NCBI GenBank assembly: GCA_951406725.2
Contig: OX597815.1
Span: forward strand, 212,226,001-212,290,000
Source of the DNA: Octopus vulgaris
Taxonomy: Eukaryota
DNA length: 64,000 bases
Reading direction: 5' to 3'
Positions 38,176 to 50,921 of this stretch are shown in pieces. Under the pieces are notes generated by a model, which worked only from the letters and a program-made list of their open reading frames with translations, was not told where the DNA came from and made no database searches. The stretch's first letter is position 1; the number at the start of each line of letters is the position of its first letter. A program made the position numbers and the translations under genes.

Positions 38176-38417
38176 GAGGCGCAATGGCCTAGTGGTTAGG
38201 GCAGCGGACTCGCGGTCGCAGGATTGCGGTTTCGATTCTCAGACCAGGCGTTGTGTGTGTTTATTGAGCGAAAACACCTAAAAGCTCTACGAGGCTCCGG
38301 CAGGGGGTGGTGATCCCTGCTGTACTCTTTCACCACAATGGCGGTGCCCCAGCATGGCCACAGCTCAAGAGCTGAAACTGGAAAAACAAAAAAAAAAAAA
38401 ACAAAAACAAAAAAAAT
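38176..38417 (+). mobile_element. Third tRNA-derived SINE with CR1-type tail
   Basis: A box TGGCCTAGTGG, B box GGTTTCGATTC; tail GGCGGTGCCCCAGCATGGCCACAGCTCAAGAGCTGAAAC then A-rich. Related heads at about 9358, 29420, 40180. Confidence 0.8.
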
Positions 38418-38997
38418 ATGCAGAAGAGCCACCAGTGACCTTCATCTCCGAAATGATTGAGAGCCCTCTGTCTAACCTCTCTGGCTTTCTCTATAAAGTT
38501 GTCATTAGCAGTAACCTCAAAGTCTATTTTCCCCCCTACAGAAACCTAAACTTTCATTCCCCTCTCTCATCAAGTTAACCAATACTTGAATCTTTCTTTC
38601 GATTTATAGTACATACACTAATAAAATTTTTCTGTTAGTGCCTCCACGAAAGTATATACAATCCTCCCATTATTGTCGCCACGAAAGTATATATATTCAT
38701 ATAACAACACATACATGCATTCAATCCTCCTACCACTGCCTCTTGAAAAGCATCATTCAACACCAACCTCTTAGCACACTTACTGACCATTTAAATGAGC
38801 TGATTAGTTAAGCCCTCGCTGCTTTTGATTACTAAATGTAAATTAATTCAAAACCACTAAAATAACTAACACAAGCAACCCTCAAGTATGAACACAAGAT
38901 CACATTTTCTTTTCTGCCATATTATCTCTTTCAACTTACTTTGATCCCTCTTTACCTTCCACATCTAAACACAATTCAACTTTGGAAGCAAAAGTCC

Positions 38998-39169
38998 AGG
39001 CGCAGGAGTGGCTGTGCGGTAAGTAGCTTGCTTACCAACCACATGGTTCCGGGTTCAGTCCCACTGCGTGGCACCTTGGGCAAATGTCTTCTACTATAGC
39101 CTCAGGCCGACCAAAGCCTTGTGAGTGGATTTGGTAGACGGAAACTCAAAGAAGCCCATCATATATATG

Positions 39170-39213
<44 letters not shown>

Positions 39214-39415
39214 TTGAGTGTCTGTGCTTGTCCCCCCACCATCGCTTGACAACCAATGCTGGTGAGTTTACGTCCCTGTAACTTAGTGGTTCGGCAAAAG
39301 AGACCGATAGAATAAGTACTAGGCTTATAAAGAATAAGCCATGGGGTTGATTTGCTGGACTAAAGATGGTGCTCCAGCATGGCCTCAGTCAAATGACTGA
39401 AACAAGCAAATGAGT
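38998..39415 (+). mobile_element. SINE family A, full length
   Basis: Head, body and tail present. Confidence 0.9.
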
Positions 39416-39755
39416 AATTAACAAACAGACACACACAATCATTTTAATGTACACTTTTGCATACTAACATAGCTCAGATTGGATTTGTTGAGGGAGATTT
39501 TCTGTGGTGAAATGCTCTTCCTGTTGCCAACCATCAGCTGATTGTAAGCAAGGTAATATTTCCCTAGTGCAGGTGTTTTTATTGAAGGCTGCACACAAAC
39601 ATCACCATATCATGACAGTCAAGATTGTTTTGGCAAGAAGCACCCGATACCGAGAGAAGAACATAAACATGCACACAATAATATCTTGGACAAGTTTTCA
39701 TGGAACACTGCAAACAAATATCACTGCTTCCATGAGAACATTTCTTTCATACAAA

Positions 39756-40124
39756 TTGTAGTTGTGATACCTGTGCCGGTGGCATGTAAAAAGCACCATC
39801 CGAATGTGGCCGATGGCAGTGCTGTCTTGACTGGCTTCTGTGCCGGTGGCACATAAAAAGCACCAACCGATCGTGGCCGCTGCCAGCCTTCCCTGGCACC
39901 TGTGCCGGTGGCACATAAAAAGCACCAACCTATCGTGGCACCTGTGCCACATAAAAAGTACCCACTACACTCACGGAGTGGTTGGCGTTAGGAAGGGCTT
40001 CCAGCTGTAGAAACGCTGCCAGATCAGACTGGAGCCTGGTGCAGCCTCCTGGCTTCCCAGACCCCGGTCAAACCATCCAACCCATGCCAGCATGGAAAAC
40101 GGACGTTAAACGATGATGATGATG
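39756..40124 (+). mobile_element. RTE LINE 3' UTR with structured minisatellite
   Basis: 4 modules, family tail. Confidence 0.8.
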
Positions 40125-40707
40125 AATTAGTATATGATGTCAAGAAAAGAAGATCAGCGTGCATGCACATGCACACAATAGTTAGAGCATTGCACTCAAA
40201 AGTGCAAGATCATGGTTTTTATTCGCAGCCTGGCAGTGCATTGTATTGTATTCTCAAGCAAAACACTTCATTTTACATCGCTCCAGTCCACTCAGCTGTA
40301 AACAGGTAATTCTGCAACAGACTGGCATCATATGAAAGCTTAAAGAAATGAGAGGAAGTGCACTGTGACCAGCAGTGTATAACAATGTCCGATAGTTTGG
40401 TGGATAGTCACACATACACACACAATGGTCTTCTTTCTTTAGTTTCCATGACTCACAAAATTGACTCACAAAACTACAGTTGGCCTGGAGCTATAGAAGT
40501 CACCTGCCTAAAGATCCACAGAGTCAAATTGAACCCAAAACCATGCAGGTGAGAAGCAAACTTCTTAAATAGAATGTCACACCTGCACCTATATTATAAC
40601 CACCAGTCACATATGTTGCACCTGTACATGTGTGTGCATACATGCTTATTCACCGGTCTAAGAAAGTTTTGATAAAAAAGAAAAGGAAAAAAACTAAAGA
40701 AAACTAT

Positions 40708-41110
40708 AGACGCAGGAGTGGCTGTGTGGTAAGTAGCTTGCTAACCAACCACATGGTTCCGGGTTCAGACCCACTGCGTGGCATCTTGGGCAAGTGTCTT
40801 CTGCTATAGTCCCGGGCCGACCAATGCCTTGTGAGTGGATTTGGTAGACGGAAACTGAAAGAAGCCTGTCGTATATATGTATATACATATATATATGTGT
40901 GTGTGTGTGTATATGTTTGTCCCCCTAGCATTGCTTGACAACCGATGCTGGTGTGTTTATGTCCCCGTCACTTAGCGAGTTCGGCAAAAGAGACCGATAG
41001 AATAAGTACTGGGCTTACAAAGAATAAGTCCCGGGGTCGAATTGCTCGACTAAAGGCGGTGCTCCAGCATGGCCGCAGTCAAATGACTGAAACAAGTAAA
41101 AGAGAAAAGA
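40708..41110 (+). mobile_element. SINE family A, full length
   Basis: Shares diagnostic variants with the 14.4-15.1 kb pair. Confidence 0.9.
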
Positions 41111-42824
41111 AGAAAACTAAAGAAAAGCAAGAGGATAAGAAGTTAGGAGCATGGATCTCTCTCAGACTAACAAACAGGAAATTTTAGGTACAACTTTTAT
41201 TGAAGCAGTTCAAAATAAACAGAATTTTGGATGATACCAAGAATATTCCTGCTGTTGAGAATTATGTTAGCTCTGATCACGAGACAGGAACAGGGATGCT
41301 AACAGAAAATTACCGTCTTCCTAACCGGAAGCATCAGAAATAAAACATTTCCTACCATAACATCGATGACGACAGACTGGAGTGTAGCAAATCTGACAAG
41401 GTTCCTAGCATGGATGATAATATAATTGCCTAATGCCAATGATAAATCTGCTTCCCTATAGGTCAGTTCATTGTTATGTGCATTACAACTAGCATTGAAT
41501 TCTTGACATTATGTGTGTCTAGTATTGTTAGAAACATGGAATGTTACTAATTTGTTAATATAATAGAAAAAAATTCTACGCCAACAAACCATAACTAGTT
41601 TTGTTATGGGGTCATATCTCTCACTTTCACATCGTAGAGGAAAATACTCGAGGAAATTTAAAACAAAAAAATTTTTTTTAAAAAAAAGATAGATGTGAAA
41701 AAAAAAACTAGCCAAAACCAGAAGTTGTAAGTGATTTCCTGCAATTGTTGACAGAAAAACAAAATATGTCTAAAAATATATTGAGATGTTAATGTACAAA
41801 AATGTTTTTCAAAATAATTTCTTTATTATTGCTACAAAGAACAAAGCCAGCATATGAGGGGAAATTACAAGCACACGTTACAAAAGTGTGTTGGACTACA
41901 CAGAAGTGCCGTAAAGGCGACAGAAAGCCAATGGTTTCTGATTAAGGCACAAAGCCAGTAATTTTAGAGTGAAGTGGTTAGCCAATACCATTGTCCCCAG
42001 TACTTGATGGCTACTTTATGAAATTTACCTTGTAAGAATGAAAGACAAAGTTGACCTCAGCAGGATTTGAAGTCAAAAACTGGAACAAATTCTGCAAGTT
42101 ATTCTTCCCAAGCTCTAAGAACCCAGCCAACAATGAGAGGTTACAAACGTGTGATGGACTACACAGAAATGAGAAAAAAAGAACAATGGTATTCTCTACG
42201 CCTAGTTGACGACACTTTCTTGCATGTGAAGCAGTAATGTACCCTGGTGACATTGCTAGATCACATTTTTCCAGAAATTATCCATAGTAGCTGGACTATA
42301 AGCCCTCCAGAACAGACCAACCAGTTGATTATTAGTGATGCCTGCACTTCTCTATTACTAGGCTTCTATAGAAAACTACCACAGAAAATTTCAGCAGGAT
42401 ATGAATGCTTCCCAACATTCCAGATACCAGATGTCCAGTCTTGGAGTTTGTCTCACTCAGGATTGCAGTTCCATCAAAAGCAGAAAAACAGATGTGCTTG
42501 ACAAATGGCAACAGCACCTACTTGGCATCCAGGATTGTCTGCAGCTGCAGAGGATGTTGGCAGCAGATGGCTTACCTGACCAGAGGAGTGTGCCCCTGAT
42601 AGAAGAAGAGTAGACGCTCCTCACATAAGTGCAAATAATTCATAGTGTTGACAGAAAGTATTTTTGCCTATCCCACTACAACAATGAATAACAACAAGTA
42701 GTGATAACCCCACAACACTTACAGACATGTGTTTATCAAGAAATATGTCTCCAAAATCACTAAACCCCATAAAGATAGAATTTTTGAGCATTTTTGAATC
42801 ATTATGATCAACATTAATTAGAAT

Positions 42825-43000
42825 AATAATAATCCTTTCTACAATACGAAAAAGGCCTTAAATTTTGAGAGGTGGATTACAGGGAGTCCAGTGTTCAACT
42901 GATACTTATTTTATTGATCCTGAAAGGATGAACGGCAAAGTCGTCCGCGGCAGAATTTGAACTCAGAATGTAAAGATGGACGACATGCCACTAAGCATTT
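42825..43000 (-). mobile_element. SINE of the 10746 family
   Basis: Reverse complement with (AAT)n tail. Confidence 0.7.
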
Positions 43001-43055
43001 TGTTTCCAGCCAAACATATGAAAACATAAGTGAACACAAATTAGTAGACTCCAGT

Positions 43056-43360
43056 TACTCTCTCTTTTACTTGTTTCAGTCATTTGACTGCGGCCATGCT
43101 GGAGCACCGCCTTTAGTCGAGCAAATCAACCCCAGGACTTATTCTTTGTAAGTCCAGTACTTATTCTATCAGTCTCTTTTGCTGAACTGCTAAGTTACAT
43201 GGATGTAAACACACCAGCATCGGTTGTCAAGCAAGCAATGGTGGGGAGACAAATAGACACACAAATATATACACACATACATATATATACACACATATAT
43301 ATGACGGGCTTCTTTCAGTTTCCATCAAACAAATCCATTCACAAGGCTTTGATTGGCTCG
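43056..43360 (-). mobile_element. SINE family A (5'-truncated)
   Basis: Tail and body. Confidence 0.8.
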
Positions 43361-43443
43361 AAGCTCGTATGGAAAACAGGCATTAAATGATGAAGATGAT
43401 GAAGATGATGATCAAAGAAGCATTTCATTGAGCTTGGAATTAA

Positions 43444-43748
43444 CATCCATCCATTTTCCTACCCCCTATTCCTGGGAGGATCACGGGGGCAGAGTCCTCA
43501 GTCAATTCCTCCATGGGGTCCTATTAGAAGCAACTCTCATTAGACTTTCCAGCTGATCCCATGCATGACTAACATCATGTATATCCCAACCATCTCATTC
43601 CTGGTCTCCTACAAGTTGGCTCAGCTTGAGAAATCTGTCTTGTGACTCGTTCCTGTAACATTCTAATCACATGTCCATAGTATCAAAGATGGGATCTCTC
43701 AATGCATGTGGTCGGTCAATCTAGAGACTCCCTGATCTCAAAGCTATG
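43444..43748 (-). mobile_element. Second RTE-clade LINE 3' end ((GGAT)n tail)
   Basis: Minus-strand translation IERSHL*YYGHVIRMLQERVTRQI...RRPGMRW (RTE C-terminal GHVxRM motif). Confidence 0.7.
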
Positions 43749-43756
43749 CTGGAGAT

Positions 43757-43974
43757 TATTTTTTTACTTGCTTCAGTCATGTGACTGTGACCATGCTGGA
43801 ACACCACCTTTCAGTCAAATAAACCAACCCCAGGACTTATCTTTTTTTAAGCCTGGTACTTATTCTATTGGACTCTTTTGTCCAACCGCTAAGTTACAGG
43901 GATACAAACACACCAACACTGGTTGTCAAGCAGAAATAAGGAGGGGGAAGTCAAACACAGACACACACAGAGAA

Positions 43975-44010
<36 letters not shown>

Positions 44011-44175
44011 CACATACACACAACAGAGTCCCCTCAGTTTCTGTCTACCATATCCACTCACAAGGCTGTTAGTTGGCCCAACACCACAGTCGATGAAACT
44101 TGCCCAAGGTGCCACACAATGGGACTGAACCCAGAACCATGTGGTTGGGAAGCAAGTTTCTTAGCATACAGCCAC
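43757..44175 (-). mobile_element. SINE family A (diverged, full length)
   Basis: Head and tail recognisable. Confidence 0.8.
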
Positions 44176-44419
44176 CCCCACCAAAAAAATAGCAGCAACA
44201 GCAAGAAGTGTATTACAAATAGTGTCAAGTTTTAAAAAAATAAAAAGTGATTTCTATGTTAAACAAAAACTTTCGTTTATGAATTCTGCCACTAACATAT
44301 GTGTGACACACCAGTATTACTATGTCTAATCTGACCATCAAAACACATTAGAAGATGAGAAAAAGTCTGTTTTGGGCAGACACCTCTCTAATGAAGGGCT
44401 TTAAACCAAACATCAGGCA

Positions 44420-44633
44420 GTGAGATTGTAGTCATGGATGACGCAGGCATTATGTAAATGGCACTTGTGCTAGTGGCATGTAAAAAGCACCCACTACACT
44501 CTTGGAGTGGTTGGTGTTAGGAAGGGCATCCAGTCAGAGAAACCATGCCACATCAGATTGGAACCTGGTGTAGCTTTCAGTCAAACTGTCAAACCCATGC
44601 CAGCACAGAAAACAGACAGTTAATGATGATGAT
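44420..44633 (+). mobile_element. RTE LINE 3' UTR (older, single module)
   Basis: GTGCTAGTGGCATGTAAAAAGCACC plus tail. Confidence 0.7.
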
Positions 44634-45522
44634 TTGAAGTGTTTATATTCATTGATTACTAACATAGATCATCACTAATTCTCTCAAGATTTTACTGTTA
44701 CTTTCATATTTGTGGGTTTGGTACAGAAATTCTACCCCTTTAGAAAGATATACCCAAGACATGGCACAACACAAACACGTAACAGACAAAATAGTTTCGC
44801 CTCATAGAAGATACGTTTTGTTTTGTTTGTTTTTTCTTTAACAAGTTACTGTCAATATATTTATCTAAACAGCTGTGTCTAATAGCAAGTATGAGAAATA
44901 TGACCAACTTGTACAAACACACATTAAAATTATACATTTTCAACACAGCAGATTCTTTTCCTAAAAACAAAAACAAAAATCTGTCAAAAACAAATATTTA
45001 GAAATTTTGATGGCTTCCCATCCATCATGTGACTAATTTCAACAACGAAAATTGAAAATCTATTTTTTTTTAAAAAAAGCCGAGACCTTGTGGACATCAA
45101 TTTATATCATGCGACTAAATTTCCTGTTCTTCAGAATCTGTGTCAACACCTCCTGCCTCATCCTGCTCCTCCACTTTGACTGTCCTAGGCTGCTACCACT
45201 CCCAGACTTATGTTACTATAGGATATGGTTGCATATAAGTAGAACCATTTCAACAATAGTGACAAACTTAATCCTACAAATCATCCAGTGTGTGTGAGGG
45301 GGGAGGGGGTATGGATGTATCCAGACAATGCTATGTGCTTCCAGGAGTCAAATCTGAACACACTTATAGACACTTAATTGCCTAGTTTACATGAGTAAAC
45401 AATGTAGGACTTAAAAACCATTATTCATGTAATGTCCAACTTTCATTAATATTATTAATCACAGTAGCAGAGTATAAGTCTATTTGAGGCATTGTTTGAT
45501 GCATACAACTATTTATATTCTT

Positions 45523-45732
45523 TTTTATAAAGCCAAAACAACGCAAGTTATAAGAAATAATACCAGTCAATGGTTTGCACTTTTATCTCGTATTTCAGTA
45601 TTTCAGGGTTAGGAACTCTTCTTCAGGAAATCTTTGTACAAATGGTGTTGTGAGTTGACTTCTAGCTCTCAACACCATTTCTCTGAAGATGTGTTTTATT
45701 CCTTATAAGTTGCATTGTTTTGGTTTTATAAA
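45523..45732. mobile_element. Palindromic fold-back element (possibly Penelope-derived)
   Basis: About 35-bp imperfect terminal inverted repeats plus an internal 15-bp stem (AAATGGTGTTGTGAG / CTCTCAACACCATTT). Confidence 0.55.
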
Positions 45733-46357
45733 ATTTTAGAAATTAATAGTAGTATTGTTGCAACACTTGCAAAGGCTGGATTACAATATTTCTAGTACTA
45801 ACAACTTTCAAATATTTGCTCATTACATACGTTAAGTTACAACCTACCCCAAAAAACTGGTGGGGTGGGGACCCACTGCAAATGAAAGGTGTTACGTCAC
45901 AATAACCAAATACAATCAAAAATTTAATTCAAATATGATACAAAGAATGTACCAGCGACTACAAATAAAGTGATAGACTTAAAATAATTGAAGCATGTGA
46001 ATGCTGCTATTCTATTTTCTGATTTTAAATAAAAGTGACATTACAAATAACGCTACAAACTACAGGTGTGTCAAAATAGGAAGAAAAAATAAAATTTTTC
46101 CAAGCAGAATATGTGAGAGGAAATGACCCAGGAAAAGTTATGAAAGAGTTTTAAATGATTGGCCACAATGGAATGCTAATAAATTTAAGCAGAAGTAAAC
46201 ATTCGTGCATGAGCAATCCTGAATGGTGGAACAGGTAATTCATTGCCCACTTTAAAACCCTTACATGGTCCTTAGGTACCTTTAGCAGGGTCCATTTTAC
46301 GGCAAACATTTAGGCCCTATTTTTTAATAACTTCCTCCGACCAGTTTTGAAAAAGGT

Positions 46358-46703
46358 CATCATCATCATCGTTTAACGTCTGTTTTCCGCGCTAGCATGG
46401 GTTGGACGGTTCGACCGGGGTCTGGGAAGCCAGGGCTGCACCAGGCTCCAGTCTGATCTGGTAGTGTTTCTACAGCTGGTTGCCATTCCTAACGCCAACC
46501 ACTCCGCGAGTGTAGTGGGTGCTTTTTACGTGCCACCTGCACAGGTGCCAGGGGGGTCTGGCATCGGCCACGATCGGTTGGTGCTTTTAACGTGCCACCG
46601 GCATGGAAGCCAGCCAAGGCGGCACTGGCATCGGCCATGTTTGGTAGGTGCTTTTTATGTGCCACCGGCACAGAAGCCAGTCGAGGCGGTGCTGGCATCA
46701 GTC
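46358..46703 (-). mobile_element. RTE LINE 3' UTR with structured minisatellite
   Basis: 3 modules, family tail. Confidence 0.8.
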
Positions 46704-46761
46704 ATGTACAACTAAAATGCTTCTCTTTATTTCATTTTCTCTCAACAATAATTAGAACACT

Positions 46762-46989
46762 TTCACTCTTCAGCATTTAAACCAGCCATATCTGGGCAAA
46801 ATATTCTGCTTGTATTATGTTCAAACTGGCCAACTCTGGTTTCACATATCAACCCTACAATATCATTAAAAAAATTAATAGTTACCTTATCAAAATTTCA
46901 TAGTTACAAGATAATTCATGATTAATTCAAAACAATGTTAAAAAAAAAAAAGCATTACTTTTGATAGAATGTGAATGCTAAAGGATTAA
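46762..46989 (-). mobile_element. piggyBac-type MITE family 1
   Basis: Reverse-complement copy of the same body. Confidence 0.7.
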
Positions 46990-47069
46990 AAATACAGAAT
47001 AAGGATTTTCAAGAAAACTGTACTCTGTAGTAACTAAAAAATTGCAAACTGAAAGGAAGTGCTATATAT

Positions 47070-47300
47070 GCTACCTCTTTTGGTACCAACCCACCTGAAA
47101 CCACCCCTGATTCTACAATGTAAACTTCCAGTTTTAAAGTGATCTAAATTTAAACTTTCTTTTATAATTTTATGTTAATAAATGCTCCAAACATTAGCTT
47201 AATTATAACAAACTTATTATATTAAACTCTTCATTATTTGCAAAATTAATTGAAATAGAAGCAGTATATTTCTACAGGAATATGGTAATGAAAGAGTTAA
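47070..47300 (+). mobile_element. piggyBac-type MITE family 2
   Basis: Homologous to 12354-12582 (TACCAACCC..CTGAAACC start; ends GAAAGAGTTAA). Confidence 0.6.
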
Positions 47301-48354
47301 AAGATAAGAACTCCAAACTGAACTGGAAAGTGAGAAGTTCAATAATCAATCTTTTCTATTCATAAGAAAGTAGTTCTTTGAACTATATTAATTCATTTAT
47401 ATCAATTACAAGCTTTACAATATATTTAGAGTGGAATATAAGAAGTAATACACCTAAAAGAGTACTTATTTTTTGGCAGTACTATCAACCGTCAATAATT
47501 GTGTCTCAGTCATATCCTGCAACAATGTCTTTTACTCGTTCAACAAATAAATTTCTTCATGGTCTCGTTAGAAATAGAAGCTAAATCTCTTCTTTCAGAT
47601 TAAGACATTGAGTGAAACAATTACAAATCAAAGACATTCTTTAGAGCCTTTTCATTGCTTAAATCGATTAAGCTTCTTGAGTTGTAATAACAGCTTAATA
47701 TACACCAATATATAATGAGCAAAAAGAGCCTCTATGAGGTTATTCGAGCTGCTAGAGGTAGTAGCCAAATCCATTTCAAATAACAATGTACTGTCTTTAA
47801 AAAAAAGGGGGGGAAGAGAGGTCACATTGGATAAAGTAGTCTGAGATACTCCTTTAAAAAATGGGATGGTTGCAATCGGAATGCTTTTGACCATAGGCCT
47901 GTTCAGAGATTTCCGACAACTAAATAATAACATAATTTAAAGATATTTTACCAAACTTCTCCAAAAACTTGATTATACTGAAAATTAATTGCAACACCTA
48001 AGTTAGATCATCCATTATAAATATAATTATGGAAAGATTAAATATAAGATAAAGGTTTATTTTTTCTTCTTGTCATTCAACCAAAGTAAATGTTTTAAAT
48101 ATGACCAAATGAAAATGAACATGACCATATATGCTTGTATAAGAAGAAATATAAGAGGTTTCTATGGATTTTCTATTTCTATTTGGGCGTATTACATCTT
48201 CAGTGTAATATTTTTCAATTACATTTTAAATTTTCACTTTCAAGTTGTGAGAATTTAAAACAGCTGAAGATCTATGTCAAGTATTTTATATCCTATTATA
48301 GAATTATTTTTTTGTTTCCCATCTACCAACATATACAAAGATCAGGGAAATGAA

Positions 48355-48710
48355 TGGGCGTGACTGTGTTGTAAGAAGTTTGCTTCTCAACGCCATAGTT
48401 CCGAGTTCAGTCCCACTGTGTGACATCTTGGGCAAATATCTATTATAGCCAAAGGTCAATCAAAGCATTGTGAGTAGATTTGGTAGATTGGAAACTAAAA
48501 GAAGCCCATTGTGTGTGGGTGTGTATGTGTATATCTGTGTTTGTCTCCTCCACCGCTTGACAACTAGTGTTAATTTCTTTATATCCCTGTAACTCAGCAG
48601 TTAGGCAAAAAGAGACCGATAGAATAAGTATCAGGCTTAAAAGGCTCAACCCTTCAAAGCAGTATCCCAGCATGACCACAGTCCAATGAGTGAAACAAAC
48701 AAGAGAACAA
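48355..48710 (+). mobile_element. SINE family A (diverged)
   Basis: Head with GTTCAGTCCC, body and tail. Confidence 0.8.
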
Positions 48711-48926
48711 AATCTCTAGCACTAATATCCACAATAAACACACTTTATTCAGTTCCTTGTTTCATTCATGCTATCATGAAGCACAGAAAGATCTTAAGAT
48801 TCATGGAGAACTTCTCCATAACTATGCATCAATTTTACTGAAACAGCTCGTAATAAAAGGGACAGCCTTTAAACCTTTTGATATCAACCTGCTTCAGACT
48901 GTCCTTGTTTTTATGCCCTAAATTCA

Positions 48927-49075
48927 TTGGTGCTGCTGTCACATAAAAAGCACCCAGTACACTCTGTAAAAAGTGTGCTTTTAAGAAGGGCATCCAGCTG
49001 TAGAAACCATGGCAAAACAGACAATGAAGCCTGGTGCATCCACCAGCATAGAAAGCGGACATCAAATGATGATGA
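48927..49075 (+). mobile_element. RTE LINE 3' UTR fragment
   Basis: Single degraded module plus GAAGGGCATCCAGCTGTAGAAACC and GAT tail. Confidence 0.65.
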
Positions 49076-49934
49076 CCACTGTTTTTAGATGATGTAAATT
49101 AAAATCCTCCATCCTAATTTCTTTGCTTTAATTTCTGTCCTGAACACCAGCGATAATGCAGTTATTTTACTAAATTCTTCATTATTTTCCAAAGTAGATG
49201 AAACAAAAGCAGTATATTTCAACAGAAATTTGGTAACAAATGGGTTAATAACACCACCACCACCCCCAATAAATCTATGGGTTAGGAATAAATGACATAA
49301 AACGAATTTTAAAAAAGTTACAGAATCAGCCTCTGTTATTTTAAATATGAAATTAACATAACTTCCCAAAAATTCAGACAATGTTCAGAATCTTGACAAG
49401 AATGCTAGCCTCCGTGAAATGATACCATTCACCTAACAGCGAGACTCTACCTGTTTACTGTTACAATTACATAAGCAGTTCATGTTAACTCTATACATTA
49501 CAATTAGGTGACAGGCCAAACATACTGTCCCAGTTTAATACAACCACTTTCACCTTGGATACTGTTAGCAGAGTTCACTTTGTTGGGAGCATTCAGATGA
49601 GATCCCTGATCCCATCTCCATGTAGCGTTTGCAGGTTTTCCTTATTTTAAATGACCTTCCAGTGATTTTAGATTGATTTTATAATGCCATCACCCCCACA
49701 ATCACTACTGCTATTACTTGAACAACAGATAAAATACTCTAAATAAATGTTTTGAGAAGGTAATCTGAAATCAATTTCAAATTACCTAGTGGTATCTAGA
49801 GTTCTTTATTTACACTAAAGACTAGTCACTAAGGATTTGTGGTCATAGGCACTGATCCTCTTAAGTTAACTTATTTTTACAAAAACAAAAAAAAAAGAGA
49901 GAGAGAGCAATAAAGCAATATATTTATGATTTTC

Positions 49935-50210
49935 TTGGGCAAGGGATTTTCACTGTGGCCTTGGACCGACCAATGCCTTGTGAATGGATTTGGTAGGCGG
50001 AAACTGTAATAAACCTATCGTGTAAAGGTGTGTCGTGTCTCCCATCACTGCTTGACAACTGGTGTAGGTTTGTATACGTCCAAGTAATCTAGTGGTTCGG
50101 CAAAAGAGATCGATAGAATAAGTACCAGGCATAAAAAAATTTCTGGGGTCCATTCGTTCGACTAAAACCGTTTCAAGGCTGCAGTCCAATGACTGAAGCA
50201 AGTCAAAGAT
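49935..50210 (+). mobile_element. SINE family A (diverged, 5'-truncated)
   Basis: Body motifs conserved. Confidence 0.7.
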
Positions 50211-50510
50211 GGATATTGTCAAACATTATTACGTCATTATTCAATTGACATTTAACATCTAATAAAAAGAATTTCAAAAATATAAAGGTGCCAACAAGAA
50301 GCTTTCAACAGTTAACAAGACAAACAAAAGTTTTAACAACAAAAGCAGTGAAGCACAGTAACAATGTTCATAGCTCTCGCCCAGCTCCACCACTTAATAT
50401 CAGGGTTAAGCATTATATTTAGAGATATCCTTAAATATGATGCAACAAACCAAACCGCAATTTGACACAAACTAATATATTTGTATAGCAGTTAACACAT
50501 AAGAATACTT

Positions 50511-50921
50511 GGATCTTTTAGGTTTGAACGGCAGTTTTTTCTAGCGGTGTCATATGAAATTGTCACCCATAATTATGACCCTAGTATCGATCTATTGCAT
50601 TTCAATCTGGGTTAGGGTTAGGGGTGGGGGGAAGGGTATCTCTTTTTCTTCAGAAATGTAAATAAACCCAATCTGTTTCTTAAACGAGGGACATATTCAT
50701 ACGGCACAGAATATTTTCACCTCATTAGACGTCATTGATTGGTTGAAATTGCAGAAATTGAAGAAATAAAACAACAAATATCTTACAAACTATAGAATTT
50801 TCTCAATAAAGCCAAGAGAAAAATATGTTTTATAAACACATTCTACCAGTATACGAAGTTAAAAAGTGTTTAGTTACGTGGAAATTATTTTTAAAAACTG
50901 CCGTTCAAACCGAAAAGATCC
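50511..50921. mobile_element. MITE with 29-bp TIRs and 8-bp TSD (Merlin-like)
   Basis: TIRs GGATCTTTTAGGTTTGAACGGCAGTTTTT / AAAAACTGCCGTTCAAACCGAAAAGATCC (1 mismatch); flanks GAATACTT / AAATACTT; GG...CC termini. Confidence 0.85.

Noticed and set aside
38176-38250. tRNA gene
   Set aside because: A/B boxes are present, but there is no complete acceptor stem and it continues into a SINE body and LINE-type tail.
43702-44235. 177-aa ORF
   Set aside because: Antisense read-through of a SINE copy.
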